64,000 nt of DNA from an uncultured Eubacteriales bacterium (GCA_910577755.1 CAJTNL010000010.1:8703-72702), one strand, 5' to 3'; counted from the first letter of the stretch, positions 47,770-57,756 are shown. Made by a program: numbers and translations. The notes: generated from the letters alone by a model not told the origin.

Positions 47770-47977
47770 TTCAACTTATTCAACTTCAACTTGTTATTTT
47801 CTTTATAATTATTTTTAGAGAAACACTGTAAATTAGCGTTGCAAAAATCCTATTTATAAAGAACTTAAAATCAACTTGAAGAAGTTGAATGAAAACACGA
47901 AAAACCGCATAATATCAAGGTTTTTCGCCATTCAACTTACACAACTACAACTTGAATGTATCTTGAATTTAAGTTGT
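47770..47977. repeat. Array of TTCAACTT / AAGTTGAA 8-mers in the intergenic region between repressor and accessory gene
   Basis: Exact copies at 47770, 47779, 47785 and 47931 (plus orientation) and 47882 (inverted). Near-copies at 47870, 47946 and 47971. Includes the palindrome tcaacttgaagaagttga and the 11-bp inverted repeat aactacaactt/aagttgtagtt. Confidence 0.6.
47898..47927 (-). terminator. Terminator downstream of the XRE repressor gene
   Basis: cgaaaaacc pairs with ggtttttcg. On the minus strand it is followed by tgttttc. Confidence 0.45.
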
Positions 47978-47997
47978 AGTTTTGAAATCTACATAGA

Positions 47998-48528
47998 TCA
48001 CATTGCCTTTCCGCCTGATGATTCTTTTTGAATGGAATATTTTTCTTGTTCAAGTAAAGATTCAACCATATTATAAATTGCCCCGCGAATACCAGCGCGA
48101 TCCGGCTCATCCAGCTTTGAATATTGGGAAAGAAGATGCGTTATTTCTTTCCGTTCTTTTGGTTTAACAGATAAAAGTTGGGAAAATAATTGGAATGTAT
48201 CATTTCCGTATTTTTGTTCAATTAGTTTAGCAATTTCTTCTTCCGATTCACTCTTTGTAAGTTTTTTATCCCAACCAACAATATCTTCTTCCGTTGCTTT
48301 TTCGCTTCCAGACAGCCAATATCCTAATTCTTCAACTGAAACTTGCAATGTGGATGCTAACTTGTAAAGTTTGTCACCTCTGATGGTTTTAATATTTCCG
48401 CTTTCCCATCTCTGCACAGTGGCTTCTGTAACACCAACACGGGTTGCTACTTCTATTAGCGTAAGTTTTAATTCTTTGCGTCGATTCTTGAGCTTATTAC
48501 CGAAATTCAGGACTACCACCTCCCTCAA
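47998..48528 (-). CDS. XRE-family HTH regulator, CI-like prophage repressor
   Basis: 176 aa. HTH is LTLIEVATRVGVTEATVQRWESG. Divergent from the structural genes. The exact start is uncertain (non-ATG). Confidence 0.8.
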   Translation of the reverse strand: MREVVVLNFGNKLKNRRKELKLTLIEVATRVGVTEATVQRWESGNIKTIRGDKLYKLASTLQVSVEELGYWLSGSEKATEEDIVGWDKKLTKSESEEEIAKLIEQKYGNDTFQLFSQLLSVKPKERKEITHLLSQYSKLDEPDRAGIRGAIYNMVESLLEQEKYSIQKESSGGKAM

Positions 48529-48580
48529 TGTAAATTTTACTGTACACTTTCGCTAAAGTCAATGCGTTTACGAAAGAATT

Positions 48581-49885
48581 TTGAAAAATATTAAAAAACT
48601 TTCTTATACGTATTTGATGGCGTTTCAGCCCGTTCTTCAAAGAATGAATGAAATTGCCAACAGTGAAGCTTTCCAAAGTTTTGTGAATGGTGCGATTGAA
48701 ACCCTTTCAATGGTGGCGGGAATTACCCTTGAAATCTTTGATTTGCTTGTGAGTGTTGCGAGTGCTGTTGCTGATAACTGGTCGTGGTTATCCCCTATCA
48801 TCTACGGTGTAGTCGGGGCTTTAGCAGTTTATTATGGCTGGCAGCTTGCAGTAAATACAATTAGTGCAATCAGCAAAGGAATTAAGATTGCCTTGTGTAT
48901 AGCTTCTTATGCGCACGCAGCGGCTACGGGTGCAGAAGTAAGCGCAACAGCAGCGGCTACAGCGGCACAATATGGACTAAACACAGCAATGTACGCTTGT
49001 CCTCTTGTGTGGATAATCATTCTTATAATCGCCCTGATCGCTCTTTTCTATGCAGCGGTTGCAGCGGTAAATCACTTTGCCGGAACTTCCGTTTCCGCAA
49101 CGGGTGTAATTTGCGATGCGTTTATGGTTGCCCTTGCCTTTATCGGCAATATCTTCATTGCCTTGTGGAACTTGGCTGTAGATGTATTTGTACTGATTTA
49201 TAACCTTGTAGCGGAAGTTGCAAATTTCATAGGTAATGTGTTTGTTGATCCGATTGGATCAGTTTGTCGACTTTTCTCTAGCATGGCTGATTTTGTTTTA
49301 GGTATTCTTCAAGCGTTGGCTTCAGCTATCGACTGGATTTTCGGCTCAAACCTTGCTGGCGCAGTTCAGGGTTGGCGTGATTCTCTTGGCGGTTGGGTAG
49401 ATGATACCTTTGGCAAGGGTGATGAAGTCATGGCAAAAATGAACGCTGATGATATGAAGCTTGATCGTTTTGACTATGGTGAAGCTTGGAATGCAGGATA
49501 TTCTTTTGGTCAATGGATAGATGAAAGCGTTGCAAACTTCGATCCTTCCAGCCTGTTTAGCACCAATGTTCCTAATCTGGGTGATTACGCTGATTTGAGT
49601 AATTACGGAGCAGGACTTGATGGAATAGGGGGTAGTGTTGACGATATTGCTGGAAATACTGGAAAAATCGCTGACAGTATGGCTATTACAGAAGAAGAAT
49701 TGAAGTATTTGCGTGATATTGCCGAACAGGAAGCTATCAACAGATACACAACCGCAGAAATTACCATTCAACAGACGAACCACAACAATGTTTCTAGCAA
49801 AATGGATTTGGATGGTGTGATTTCAGGGCTTACCGATGCTACAAATGAAGCGGCTGATATTATAGCGGAAGGGGTGCATGAATGA
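48581..49885 (+). pseudogene. Tail tape-measure protein, C-terminal portion only (5'-truncated remnant; first ATG at 48617)
   Basis: Ala/Gly-rich hydrophobic repeats typical of Firmicute tape-measure proteins. Lies immediately upstream of an XkdP-like LysM gene. No sheath, tube or chaperone genes precede it, and it abuts the repressor gene with only about 50 bp between. Confidence 0.6.
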
Positions 49886-50574
49886 TGAGTAAAGCCGGAT
49901 ATGATTTCTACTTAAAAAAATGCTTGTTACCAATCGCCCCAGAAAAGTTGGAATTAAAAATTAACAACGCAAACAGTACGCTTACCCTGATAAATGAAGG
50001 GGAAATAAACATTCTAAAAACCTCTGAACTAACAGATGTTGAATTTGAGTGTAGAATTCCACAAGTGAAATATCCGTTTGCAACCTATAAATCCGGGTTT
50101 AAGGGGGCTTCTTATTTCCTTGATTACTTTGAAAGATTGAAAGTAGACAAGAAACCCTTTCAATTTATCGTTTCCCGGACAATGCCGAATGGGAAGGTTC
50201 TGTTTTCAACTAATATGAAGGTATCATTGGAAGATTACAAAATTACGGAACAGGCGAAAGACGGCTTTGATTTAAAAGTGAAAATCAAGTTGAAGCAATA
50301 TCGGGATTACGGAACAAAAACCGTAAGTATAAAAATTGCCGCTTCCAAACCGAAAGTAACAGTTGAAAAACCACGGGCAGCGGAAACAAACCCCATTCCG
50401 CACACAACCCAAACCTATACAGTCGTTCGGGGAGACTGTCTTTGGAACATTGCCAAACGATTTTACGGGAATGGGGCAAAATACACAATTATCTACAACG
50501 CTAACAGAGGGATAATTGGTGGAAATCCAAACTTGATATATCCCGGTCAAGTGTTGACGATTCCAACTGCTTAA
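49882..50574 (+). CDS. XkdP-like tail protein with C-terminal LysM domain
   Basis: 230 aa. The LysM domain is [30 protein letters not shown]...[10 protein letters not shown]. Confidence 0.8.
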   Translation: MMSKAGYDFYLKKCLLPIAPEKLELKINNANSTLTLINEGEINILKTSELTDVEFECRIPQVKYPFATYKSGFKGASYFLDYFERLKVDKKPFQFIVSRTMPNGKVLFSTNMKVSLEDYKITEQAKDGFDLKVKIKLKQYRDYGTKTVSIKIAASKPKVTVEKPRAAETNPIPHTTQTYTVVRGDCLWNIAKRFYGNGAKYTIIYNANRGIIGGNPNLIYPGQVLTIPTA

Positions 50575-50587
50575 AGAGGGTGTTTTA

Positions 50588-51568
50588 ATGAATGTTGAAC
50601 TTTTGATTTCTGATCCTTCCAGTACAAAGGCATATATCCCGATTGTGGAAGAAGGGATTGAATGGAGTACAGAAAGAAGAAGCACTCCCGGCAAGCTGAC
50701 TTTCAAACTTGTAAAAGATTCCATTATCAATTTTCAGGAAGGTGCGGCGGTTCGCTTGAAAGTGGACGGGAAACCCGTTTTCTTTGGATTTGTGTTCACT
50801 AAAAAGCGGGATAAAAATCAGATTATAGAAGTAACCGCTTACGATCAATTACGATACTTGAACAACAAAGATACCTATGTTTACGAGAACAAAACGGCTT
50901 CACAGTTTATTCAGATGATTGCAGCGGATTTTTCTTTGAACACCGGAACGCTGGAGGATACCGGATATGTGATTACTTCACGGGTGGAAGATAACACTTC
51001 TCTATTTGACATGATAGAAAATGCCCTTGATTTAACTTTGCAGAACAGCAAGGAAATGTTTGTTTTATATGACGATTTCGGCAAGCTGACATTAAAAAAT
51101 ATTTCTTCAATGTATGTTGGTGAACTGGGGGCATACCTGATGATTGATGAAGAAGCCGGGGAAAATTTTGAATATACTTCCAGTATTGACAGCGACACCT
51201 ACAACAAAGTGAAATTGACCTATGACAATGAGGGAACAGGAAAGCGGGAAGTTTACATTGCACAGGATTCAAGCCACATGAACGCATGGGGTGTATTGCA
51301 GTATTTTGACACGCTGCAAAAGGGTGAAAACGGGCAAGCAAAAGAGGATGCCCTGTTGAAGCTATACAACAGCAAAACAAGAAATCTGAAAATCATGAAC
51401 GTTTTGGGAGATACACGGGTAAGAGCCGGAAGCATGGTCGTGATAAATCTTGCTTTGGGTGATGTGAATGTAAAAAATTTTATGCTGGTTGAAAAGGTGA
51501 AACACACTTTTAAGCTGGATGCACATTTTATGGATTTAACACTTCGAGGGGGTGAATTTATTGCCTGA
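50588..51568 (+). CDS. XkdQ/YqbQ-like tail/baseplate hub protein
   Basis: 326 aa. Position and size match the PBSX xkdQ slot, and the N-terminus resembles that family. Confidence 0.7.
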   Translation: MNVELLISDPSSTKAYIPIVEEGIEWSTERRSTPGKLTFKLVKDSIINFQEGAAVRLKVDGKPVFFGFVFTKKRDKNQIIEVTAYDQLRYLNNKDTYVYENKTASQFIQMIAADFSLNTGTLEDTGYVITSRVEDNTSLFDMIENALDLTLQNSKEMFVLYDDFGKLTLKNISSMYVGELGAYLMIDEEAGENFEYTSSIDSDTYNKVKLTYDNEGTGKREVYIAQDSSHMNAWGVLQYFDTLQKGENGQAKEDALLKLYNSKTRNLKIMNVLGDTRVRAGSMVVINLALGDVNVKNFMLVEKVKHTFKLDAHFMDLTLRGGEFIA

Positions 51569-51956
51569 TGCAGTAGAATTAGTGAAAACAATTAAGCGGG
51601 CAGCGTTGGATGCTGTAAATGCTTCAAAGCCGGTTGAAGTCTGTTTCGGAAAGGTAACAAGTGCTTCCCCCTTGAAAATCCTTGTGGAACAGAAAATGAC
51701 ATTAGGAGAAGCACAGCTTATTCTTTGCCGGAATGTCACAAACTATAAAACTTCAATTACCGGGGGCAATATTCACAATTATTACTATACGGGATCAACA
51801 ACGGATTTAGGAAAAGCCCCCGTTTCCCCTTCCCGTGTTCACGCTATGGGTAAAATTCAAGTCACCGTTCATAATGGGTTGGTTGTCGGTGATGAAGTTA
51901 TCCTTTTAAGGCAGCAGGGCGGGCAAAAATATATTGTGGTGGATAGAATCGGATGA
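51552..51956 (+). CDS. XkdR-like (DUF2577) baseplate protein
   Basis: 134 aa. KPVEVCFGKVTSASPLKILVEQKMTL is typical of DUF2577. Confidence 0.65.
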   Translation: MNLLPDAVELVKTIKRAALDAVNASKPVEVCFGKVTSASPLKILVEQKMTLGEAQLILCRNVTNYKTSITGGNIHNYYYTGSTTDLGKAPVSPSRVHAMGKIQVTVHNGLVVGDEVILLRQQGGQKYIVVDRIG

Positions 51957-52357
51957 TACCTTCAACCACAGCCTTTCTTGAACAGGATTTTGAGATTGAG
52001 GAACAGCCAACCCATACCTACAAAATGAATCTTGAAAGCAATCTGATCCGGGGTTATACAGACGGACAGGAAGCAATGATTCAAGCAATATATAAAATCC
52101 TTTCTACGGAACGATACCAATATATCATGTATTCGTGGAATTACGGGATTGAATTGCTTGATTTGTACGGTGAACCCGTTTCTTATGTTTGTCCTGAATT
52201 AGAACGCCGGATCACAGAAGCCCTTACATGGGATGATAGAATTCAAAGCGTGGATAATTTTGAATTTAACATTTCAAAAAAGGGTGAAATCCATGTAACT
52301 TTTATTGCACATACCGTTTTCGGTGATGTGGTTGTTGAAAAGGTGGTGAATTTTTAA
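51953..52357 (+). CDS. XkdS-like (DUF2634, gp25/W-like) baseplate wedge protein
   Basis: 134 aa. ATGA overlap with the upstream gene. Assigned from the synteny slot. Confidence 0.6.
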   Translation: MIPSTTAFLEQDFEIEEQPTHTYKMNLESNLIRGYTDGQEAMIQAIYKILSTERYQYIMYSWNYGIELLDLYGEPVSYVCPELERRITEALTWDDRIQSVDNFEFNISKKGEIHVTFIAHTVFGDVVVEKVVNF

Positions 52358-53556
52358 TGTATGAAGATGTAACCTATGAAGTTATCCTTGAACGTATGTT
52401 GAACCGAGTATCAGATAAGTTTGATAAGAGGGAAGGTTCGATTATCTTTGATACTCATTCCCCAACAGCTATTGAATTTCAAATTTTATATATTGAACTT
52501 GATGTTATTCTACGGGAAGCCTACGGTGATACAGCTTCAAGGGAATTTCTTATTAGGCATTGCAAGGACAGAGGAATTACACCGTATGAAGCAACCCACG
52601 CTGTTTTGAAAGGTGAGTTCACTCCGACGAACATTGATGTTTCCGGGCGGAGGTTCAATATAGGTTCAATGAATTTTATTGTGACTGAAAAAATCGCAGA
52701 TGGTGAATATCAGGTGCAATGTGAAACCCCCGGTATTGTCGGCAACCAGCAGTTGGGAACTATGATTCCGATAGAATATATTGAAGGGCTTGAAACGGCT
52801 GAACTTACGGAAATTCTGATTCCCGGCGAGGATGAAGAAGAAACGGAAGATTTGCGAACCCGCTATTTTAAAAGCTTCAATGAAAAAGCTTTCGGGGGCA
52901 ATGTTCGTGATTACCTTGAAAAAACAAACGCCATTCCGGGCGTTGGAAGTACCAAAGTAACAAGAGCTTGGAATGATAACCTTCGCCCCGCTGAAATGAT
53001 ACCTTCCGCATCGGTCAAAGCGTGGTATAACACGATCAAGTCTACTTTAAGCGGCGAACCCGCAACATGGTTTGAAACTGTGTTCAATGCGGCGGCTGAT
53101 AAGAAGCTGACAACCGGGGGAACGGTGCTTTTAACAATCCTAAATTCTGATTTTGGGGTTGCTTCTGATACCCTGATTCAGACGGTGCAGCAAACTATTG
53201 ATCCTGACGAATACGCCGGGGAAGGTTACGGTGTAGCACCTATCGGGCATATTGTGAAGGTTGAAAGTGCGAAAACCCAGAATGTGATTGTGAAAACCAA
53301 CATTACCTTTGATATGGGTTATGGTTGGTCGAACCTTCAAAGTTCAATCAATGATGTAATTTCAAATTATTTACTTGAACTTCGTAAATCGTGGGCTGAC
53401 AGCCCTTATTTGGTGGTTCGTATCAGTCAAATTGAAACCCGCCTTTTAGGTATCAAGGGCATTGTGGATATTGGCAACACCAAAATAAACGGGGCTTCTG
53501 ATAACCTGACTTTGGGAAAATATGAAATTCCGGTGTTTGGGGGTGCGAGTGCATGA
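52357..53556 (+). CDS. Baseplate J-like protein (XkdT-like)
   Basis: 399 aa. Size, synteny and N-terminus (YEVILERML..V....DKREGSIIFD) are typical of baseplate J. Confidence 0.75.
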   Translation: MYEDVTYEVILERMLNRVSDKFDKREGSIIFDTHSPTAIEFQILYIELDVILREAYGDTASREFLIRHCKDRGITPYEATHAVLKGEFTPTNIDVSGRRFNIGSMNFIVTEKIADGEYQVQCETPGIVGNQQLGTMIPIEYIEGLETAELTEILIPGEDEEETEDLRTRYFKSFNEKAFGGNVRDYLEKTNAIPGVGSTKVTRAWNDNLRPAEMIPSASVKAWYNTIKSTLSGEPATWFETVFNAAADKKLTTGGTVLLTILNSDFGVASDTLIQTVQQTIDPDEYAGEGYGVAPIGHIVKVESAKTQNVIVKTNITFDMGYGWSNLQSSINDVISNYLLELRKSWADSPYLVVRISQIETRLLGIKGIVDIGNTKINGASDNLTLGKYEIPVFGGASA

Positions 53557-54173
53557 CAAGAGAAGTTGACCTTGTTTCATACTTGCCTCCGTTCATGGCA
53601 GAGTTCAAAGAAATTGCCGTTACTTTGGAAGCGGAAAACCCTGAATTTGTGCTTGTATGGAACGCCGCTGAAAGGGTTCTGAAAAATGAATTCATTGAAA
53701 CGGCTGACGAATACGGAATTTCAAGGTTTGAAAAAATTTTGGACATTTTACCTTCAAATGAAGATACCCTTGAAAGCCGTCGTGTAAGAGTTCAAGCCCG
53801 GTGGTTTAATTCTATCCCCTATACAATGAAATCTTTCCTTGCAAAGCTGATTGCCTTGTGTGGGGACTCTGATTTTAAGGTTACAAAGGAATATCAGAAT
53901 TACAAAGTTGAAATCCTGACAAACCTTGAACTATTCGGACAAGTGGAAGAACTAGAACATATCATTAAAAGCATAATACCATGTAACATAATTGTAAGCT
54001 CTGAAAATGAAATTCCTTGTCATGCGGATGGCTTTGCATTTATTACTGGGGGAGTATGTGCGGTAGAACACTTCTTTATTACTAATGATGAAACGACAAA
54101 TTGCATAATTAGCGGTAAACATTCAGTTGGTTCGGGTGTAATTTCTTGTGAAATCATTGAGATCAAACAATAA
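53553..54173 (+). CDS. XkdU/YmfQ-like (DUF2313) tail protein
   Basis: 206 aa, in the synteny slot after baseplate J. LPPFM...E motif at the N-terminus. Confidence 0.65.
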   Translation: MTREVDLVSYLPPFMAEFKEIAVTLEAENPEFVLVWNAAERVLKNEFIETADEYGISRFEKILDILPSNEDTLESRRVRVQARWFNSIPYTMKSFLAKLIALCGDSDFKVTKEYQNYKVEILTNLELFGQVEELEHIIKSIIPCNIIVSSENEIPCHADGFAFITGGVCAVEHFFITNDETTNCIISGKHSVGSGVISCEIIEIKQ

Positions 54174-54189
54174 GAAAGGGTTGAAATAC

Positions 54190-55821
54190 ATGGCAGAATT
54201 TTCAAAGTTGGTTATCACCAGCAAAGGGCAAGCGTTGCTTGCAAAAATGATTGCAGGAAGCGGCGACATTGAATTTACCAAAGTATCAGCTTCCAGCACC
54301 GCATACACGGATGCACAGCTTGAAGGGCTGGCTTCCCTTTCCAATGTGAAACAAACAAGTCTGATTTCCAAAGTTACCCGTACAAACGAGGTTGCAATCA
54401 AGGTTGAAACCTCCTTCACCAACACTGAATTGACAGAGGGGTATTACATGAAGGCTTTAGGCTTATATGCCGTTGATCCTGATGTGGGAGAAATTCTTTA
54501 TGCCATAACAAGGGAAACTTCTGGTAATTGCTATATGCCTGCATATAACGGGATAACTGTTTCCGGTGCTTATGTACAACTTGTAACCACAGTTGGAAAC
54601 GCTGAAAATGTTTCTCTTGAAGTGGATCAGGCGGCAGTTGCTACAATTGGAGATATTCAGGATTTACAAAAGCAGATTGAAAACAAGGTCGATCTTGTAG
54701 ATGGGAAAATTGACCCATCTCAAATTCCTGTAAATGTAGTACCTATTGTGAATACTTCGGGTTCTGGAACTATGTACACTGCAACGGTAGATGGCGTAAC
54801 TACTTTAAAAACAGGTATGCTTTTGGTGATAATTCCTCATGTGGCTAGCACAAGCACATCACCGACTTTAACTATTAACAATTTAGGGGCAAGAACGATT
54901 TCCAGACGAACCAGTACAACCACTACCGCAGGAAGTGTTGGATGCTCGTCCAATTGGATTGCTGCAAATAAACCACTGCTAATTCAGTATGACGGGAGCT
55001 ATTGGGTTGCTATTGGGCAGGCTAAACCTAACGCCGCAGATTTAATTGGTACAACCCCTGTAAATCGGGGCGGTACAGGGAAAACATCTTGGACAGCCTA
55101 TCAGCTAATTTATCCATCATCAAGTACAACTCTTGCGCAATTAAGTTTTCCAACCATCGCAGGCTCTTTTTTGCGACAAAATACTAGCGGTGCACCTTAT
55201 TGGACTACCCCTACCCAAACACTGGAAGCTATAGGTGCAGTAGCTAAAACAGATATAGGAAAACTTAACGGAGTGGCAGGACTGAACAGTAACGGTAAAT
55301 TATCCAATATGCCAAACGCTGCCGATGTAGGAGCGGTTCCCACTACGCGTACGGTGAATGGTAAAGCGTTATCAAGCGATATTACTTTGTCAGTGAATGA
55401 TATAGGTGTAGGTAATCTATTTTTAGCTGTGTACCCGGTAGGTTCTATTTATATGACAACGGTGGGGACAAATCCGGGTACACTGTTTGGGGGTACGTGG
55501 GTTGCGTGGGGCAGTGGTCGTGTGCCGGTAGGTGTGAATACTGCCGATACAGACTTTAATGCAGTAGAAAAAACAGGCGGTGAGAAAACACATACGCTAA
55601 CAGTGGCGGAGTTACCGCTACATGACCATACAATTCCTCTATATTGGGGAACTGGCTCTACTGAGGGAGAAAGAGCACTTACACAAGGTCTTGATAATAG
55701 TAACCCGAAAATGTATCAAGGTGAAGCTAACCGTCCTCATACAACTGTAACGGGCAACGAACAAGCGCACAACAACTTACAACCATATATCACATGTTAC
55801 ATGTGGAGAAGAACAGCGTAG
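54190..55821 (+). CDS. Tail fibre protein with C-terminal phage tail-collar domain
   Basis: The N-terminus (MAEFSKLVITSKGQALLAKMIAG) is fibre-like. The C-terminus (GSIYMT...GGTWVAWGSGRVPVGV...GGEKTHTLTVAELPLHDH) is tail-collar-like. Confidence 0.8.
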   Translation: MAEFSKLVITSKGQALLAKMIAGSGDIEFTKVSASSTAYTDAQLEGLASLSNVKQTSLISKVTRTNEVAIKVETSFTNTELTEGYYMKALGLYAVDPDVGEILYAITRETSGNCYMPAYNGITVSGAYVQLVTTVGNAENVSLEVDQAAVATIGDIQDLQKQIENKVDLVDGKIDPSQIPVNVVPIVNTSGSGTMYTATVDGVTTLKTGMLLVIIPHVASTSTSPTLTINNLGARTISRRTSTTTTAGSVGCSSNWIAANKPLLIQYDGSYWVAIGQAKPNAADLIGTTPVNRGGTGKTSWTAYQLIYPSSSTTLAQLSFPTIAGSFLRQNTSGAPYWTTPTQTLEAIGAVAKTDIGKLNGVAGLNSNGKLSNMPNAADVGAVPTTRTVNGKALSSDITLSVNDIGVGNLFLAVYPVGSIYMTTVGTNPGTLFGGTWVAWGSGRVPVGVNTADTDFNAVEKTGGEKTHTLTVAELPLHDHTIPLYWGTGSTEGERALTQGLDNSNPKMYQGEANRPHTTVTGNEQAHNNLQPYITCYMWRRTA

Positions 55822-55833
55822 AAGGAAAGATAT

Positions 55834-56061
55834 ATGTTTGATACTGAATTATTTAAAGCTTGCTATCCCATTGAAAGTTTTGCATACTTTTCTAAAAATA
55901 AGAATCCAAATGAATATGGCGGTGTATGGGAACTTTTTTGGGAAGGTGATACAGAAGTTAGTGAAAAAGTTGCAAATAGAGAACCAATACCGTACTTCTA
56001 CAATGATAAAAACGATAAAAAAGTAAAAGTGCCTGTTTGTTTGTGGAAACGAATAGCATAA
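55834..56061 (+). CDS. Small hypothetical protein after the fibre gene (possible fibre chaperone)
   Basis: 75 aa. Positional inference only. Confidence 0.35.
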   Translation: MFDTELFKACYPIESFAYFSKNKNPNEYGGVWELFWEGDTEVSEKVANREPIPYFYNDKNDKKVKVPVCLWKRIA

Positions 56062-56081
56062 AGAAAAATGGAGGAATACAT

Positions 56082-57038
56082 ATGCAATTATCAGTAATAG
56101 ATGTCAGCGAACATCAGGGAAATATTGATTGGAACAAAGTAAAAAATGCGGGGATTGCAGGGGCAATGATTCGCAGTGGTTATGGAGTGAAAAATCCAAA
56201 CCAGATTGATAAGCAATTTCACAATAACTTAGCAGGGTGTAAAGCGGTAGGTATGCCCTATGGCTTCTACCACTATTCCTACGCTATGAATGCAGCGGAA
56301 GCAGAGAGTGAAGCGGATTTCTGTCTGGAGATCATTGCAGGTTCTAACCCACAATTTCCGGTAGCCTTTGATATGGAAGAAAGCAGACAAGCGGCATTGG
56401 GTAAATCGGTATGCGCTGATATTGCGATTGCTTTCTGCAATAAAATTCGTGCCGCAGGGTATCGGCCAATGCTGTATACCAATTTGAATTGGTCACGCAA
56501 TTACATAGACATGGCGAAAATAGATGCGGCAGGGATAGATGTATGGATGGCACAGTACAACACGCAGTGCGACTATACAGGTCATTATGCGATGTGGCAG
56601 TATACGTCAAAAGGCGTGGTAGACGGCATTACGGCAAATACGGTCGATATGAACTGGTGCTACAAGGAGTATACAAACGGAACAATCCCAGAACCAACGC
56701 CAGAGCCTACGCCGCAAGAACCACAACCACACTACGATACATATACTGTTATGCCAGGGGATACGTTAAGCGGCATTGCGGCTAAGTTTGGTACAACCTA
56801 TCAGGAATTAGCGGCAATCAACGGAATAGAAAATCCAAATATCATTCATGTAGGACAAATTCTTAGATTAACAGGCAATGCAGTATCTAACCGCACTTAT
56901 ACGGTACAATCAGGCGATACCTTATGGGGAATTGCACAGGCGCAGTTAGGTGATGGCTCAAGATACGGTGAAATTAAAAGTCTGAATGGATTGTCATCTG
57001 ATACGATTTACCCTAATCAAGTCTTGCGGCTGCCGTAA
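56082..57038 (+). CDS. Endolysin: GH25 muramidase + Pro/Thr/Glu linker + two LysM domains
   Basis: VIDVSEHQGNIDW...FYHY is GH25-like. PEPTPEPTPQEPQP is the linker. There are two LysM repeats (YTVMPGDTLSGIA..., YTVQSGDTLWGIA...). ATG 56082 follows GGAGGA. Confidence 0.9.
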   Translation: MQLSVIDVSEHQGNIDWNKVKNAGIAGAMIRSGYGVKNPNQIDKQFHNNLAGCKAVGMPYGFYHYSYAMNAAEAESEADFCLEIIAGSNPQFPVAFDMEESRQAALGKSVCADIAIAFCNKIRAAGYRPMLYTNLNWSRNYIDMAKIDAAGIDVWMAQYNTQCDYTGHYAMWQYTSKGVVDGITANTVDMNWCYKEYTNGTIPEPTPEPTPQEPQPHYDTYTVMPGDTLSGIAAKFGTTYQELAAINGIENPNIIHVGQILRLTGNAVSNRTYTVQSGDTLWGIAQAQLGDGSRYGEIKSLNGLSSDTIYPNQVLRLP

Positions 57039-57049
57039 GGGGTGATGGT

Positions 57050-57373
57050 ATGGGTGAGAATGATGTAACATTAGGCAGGGTAGATGATTCCGTAAAATCT
57101 GCTCATAAACGTATTGATGAGTTAGATAAACGATTAAATAGCAAAATTGACAGTGTTAGCCAAAAGGTTGATAATCTCACAACGCTTACAACGGCTGTAG
57201 CAACGCTGCAATTAGAAACAAAAGACATTAAGTTAGATGTCAGTGAAATCAAAACAGACTTAAAGCAAGTTACTGCCCGTCCTGCGAAATGGTGGGACAA
57301 ACTGATAGCCGCCGCTATCGGTGCGTGTGCATCGGGTATTATAGCGGCAATTTTAACACAAATATTAAAATAA
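57050..57373 (+). CDS. XhlA-like membrane protein of the lysis cassette
   Basis: 107 aa with an N-terminal coiled-coil and a C-terminal TM segment (LIAAAIGACASGIIAAILTQIL). Confidence 0.55.
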   Translation: MGENDVTLGRVDDSVKSAHKRIDELDKRLNSKIDSVSQKVDNLTTLTTAVATLQLETKDIKLDVSEIKTDLKQVTARPAKWWDKLIAAAIGACASGIIAAILTQILK

Positions 57374-57388
57374 TGAGGGAGTGGAATC

Positions 57389-57703
57389 ATGGATATTTTA
57401 GAATATATCAAGCCTGAACTGCTGATTTTAATACCTGTTCTATATATCATTGGTATGGGAATCAAAAAGGCAAGCTTCATAGCAAATAAGTGGATACCTT
57501 TGATACTTGGAGGGTGCGGCATTGTACTGTCAATTATTTATGTGATGTCAACGTCTCCTTTCAACAGTGTGCAGACTGTTTTCATGGCAATCTTTACAGC
57601 CTTGACACAAGGTATACTGGTAAGCGGTGTAAGTGTATACGCTAATCAGATTTTTAAGCAGTTTATGAACAAAGATAAAGCTGATAGTACGGATACAGAG
57701 TAG
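57389..57703 (+). CDS. Phage holin
   Basis: 104 aa with multiple TM segments and a charged C-terminus (KDKADSTDTE). Confidence 0.7.
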   Translation: MDILEYIKPELLILIPVLYIIGMGIKKASFIANKWIPLILGGCGIVLSIIYVMSTSPFNSVQTVFMAIFTALTQGILVSGVSVYANQIFKQFMNKDKADSTDTE

Positions 57704-57718
57704 CAATAATACAAATTA

Positions 57719-57756
57719 AAAAGCCCTCTCTTACGATCGTAAGAGAGGGCTTTTTT
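57719..57756 (+). terminator. Terminator after the lysis cassette
   Basis: gccctctcttacg pairs with cgtaagagagggc (13 bp), followed by TTTTTT. Confidence 0.75.

Noticed and set aside
56700-56745. Short tandem Pro-Glu-Pro-Thr coding repeat (PEPTPEPTPQEPQP).
   Set aside because: It is an ordinary flexible linker between the GH25 and LysM domains of the endolysin, not an independent repeat element.
48581-57703. An R-type tailocin / phage-tail-like particle locus.
   Set aside because: No sheath, tube or tail-chaperone genes are present, and the tape-measure gene is truncated. The set is insufficient to build a contractile particle.
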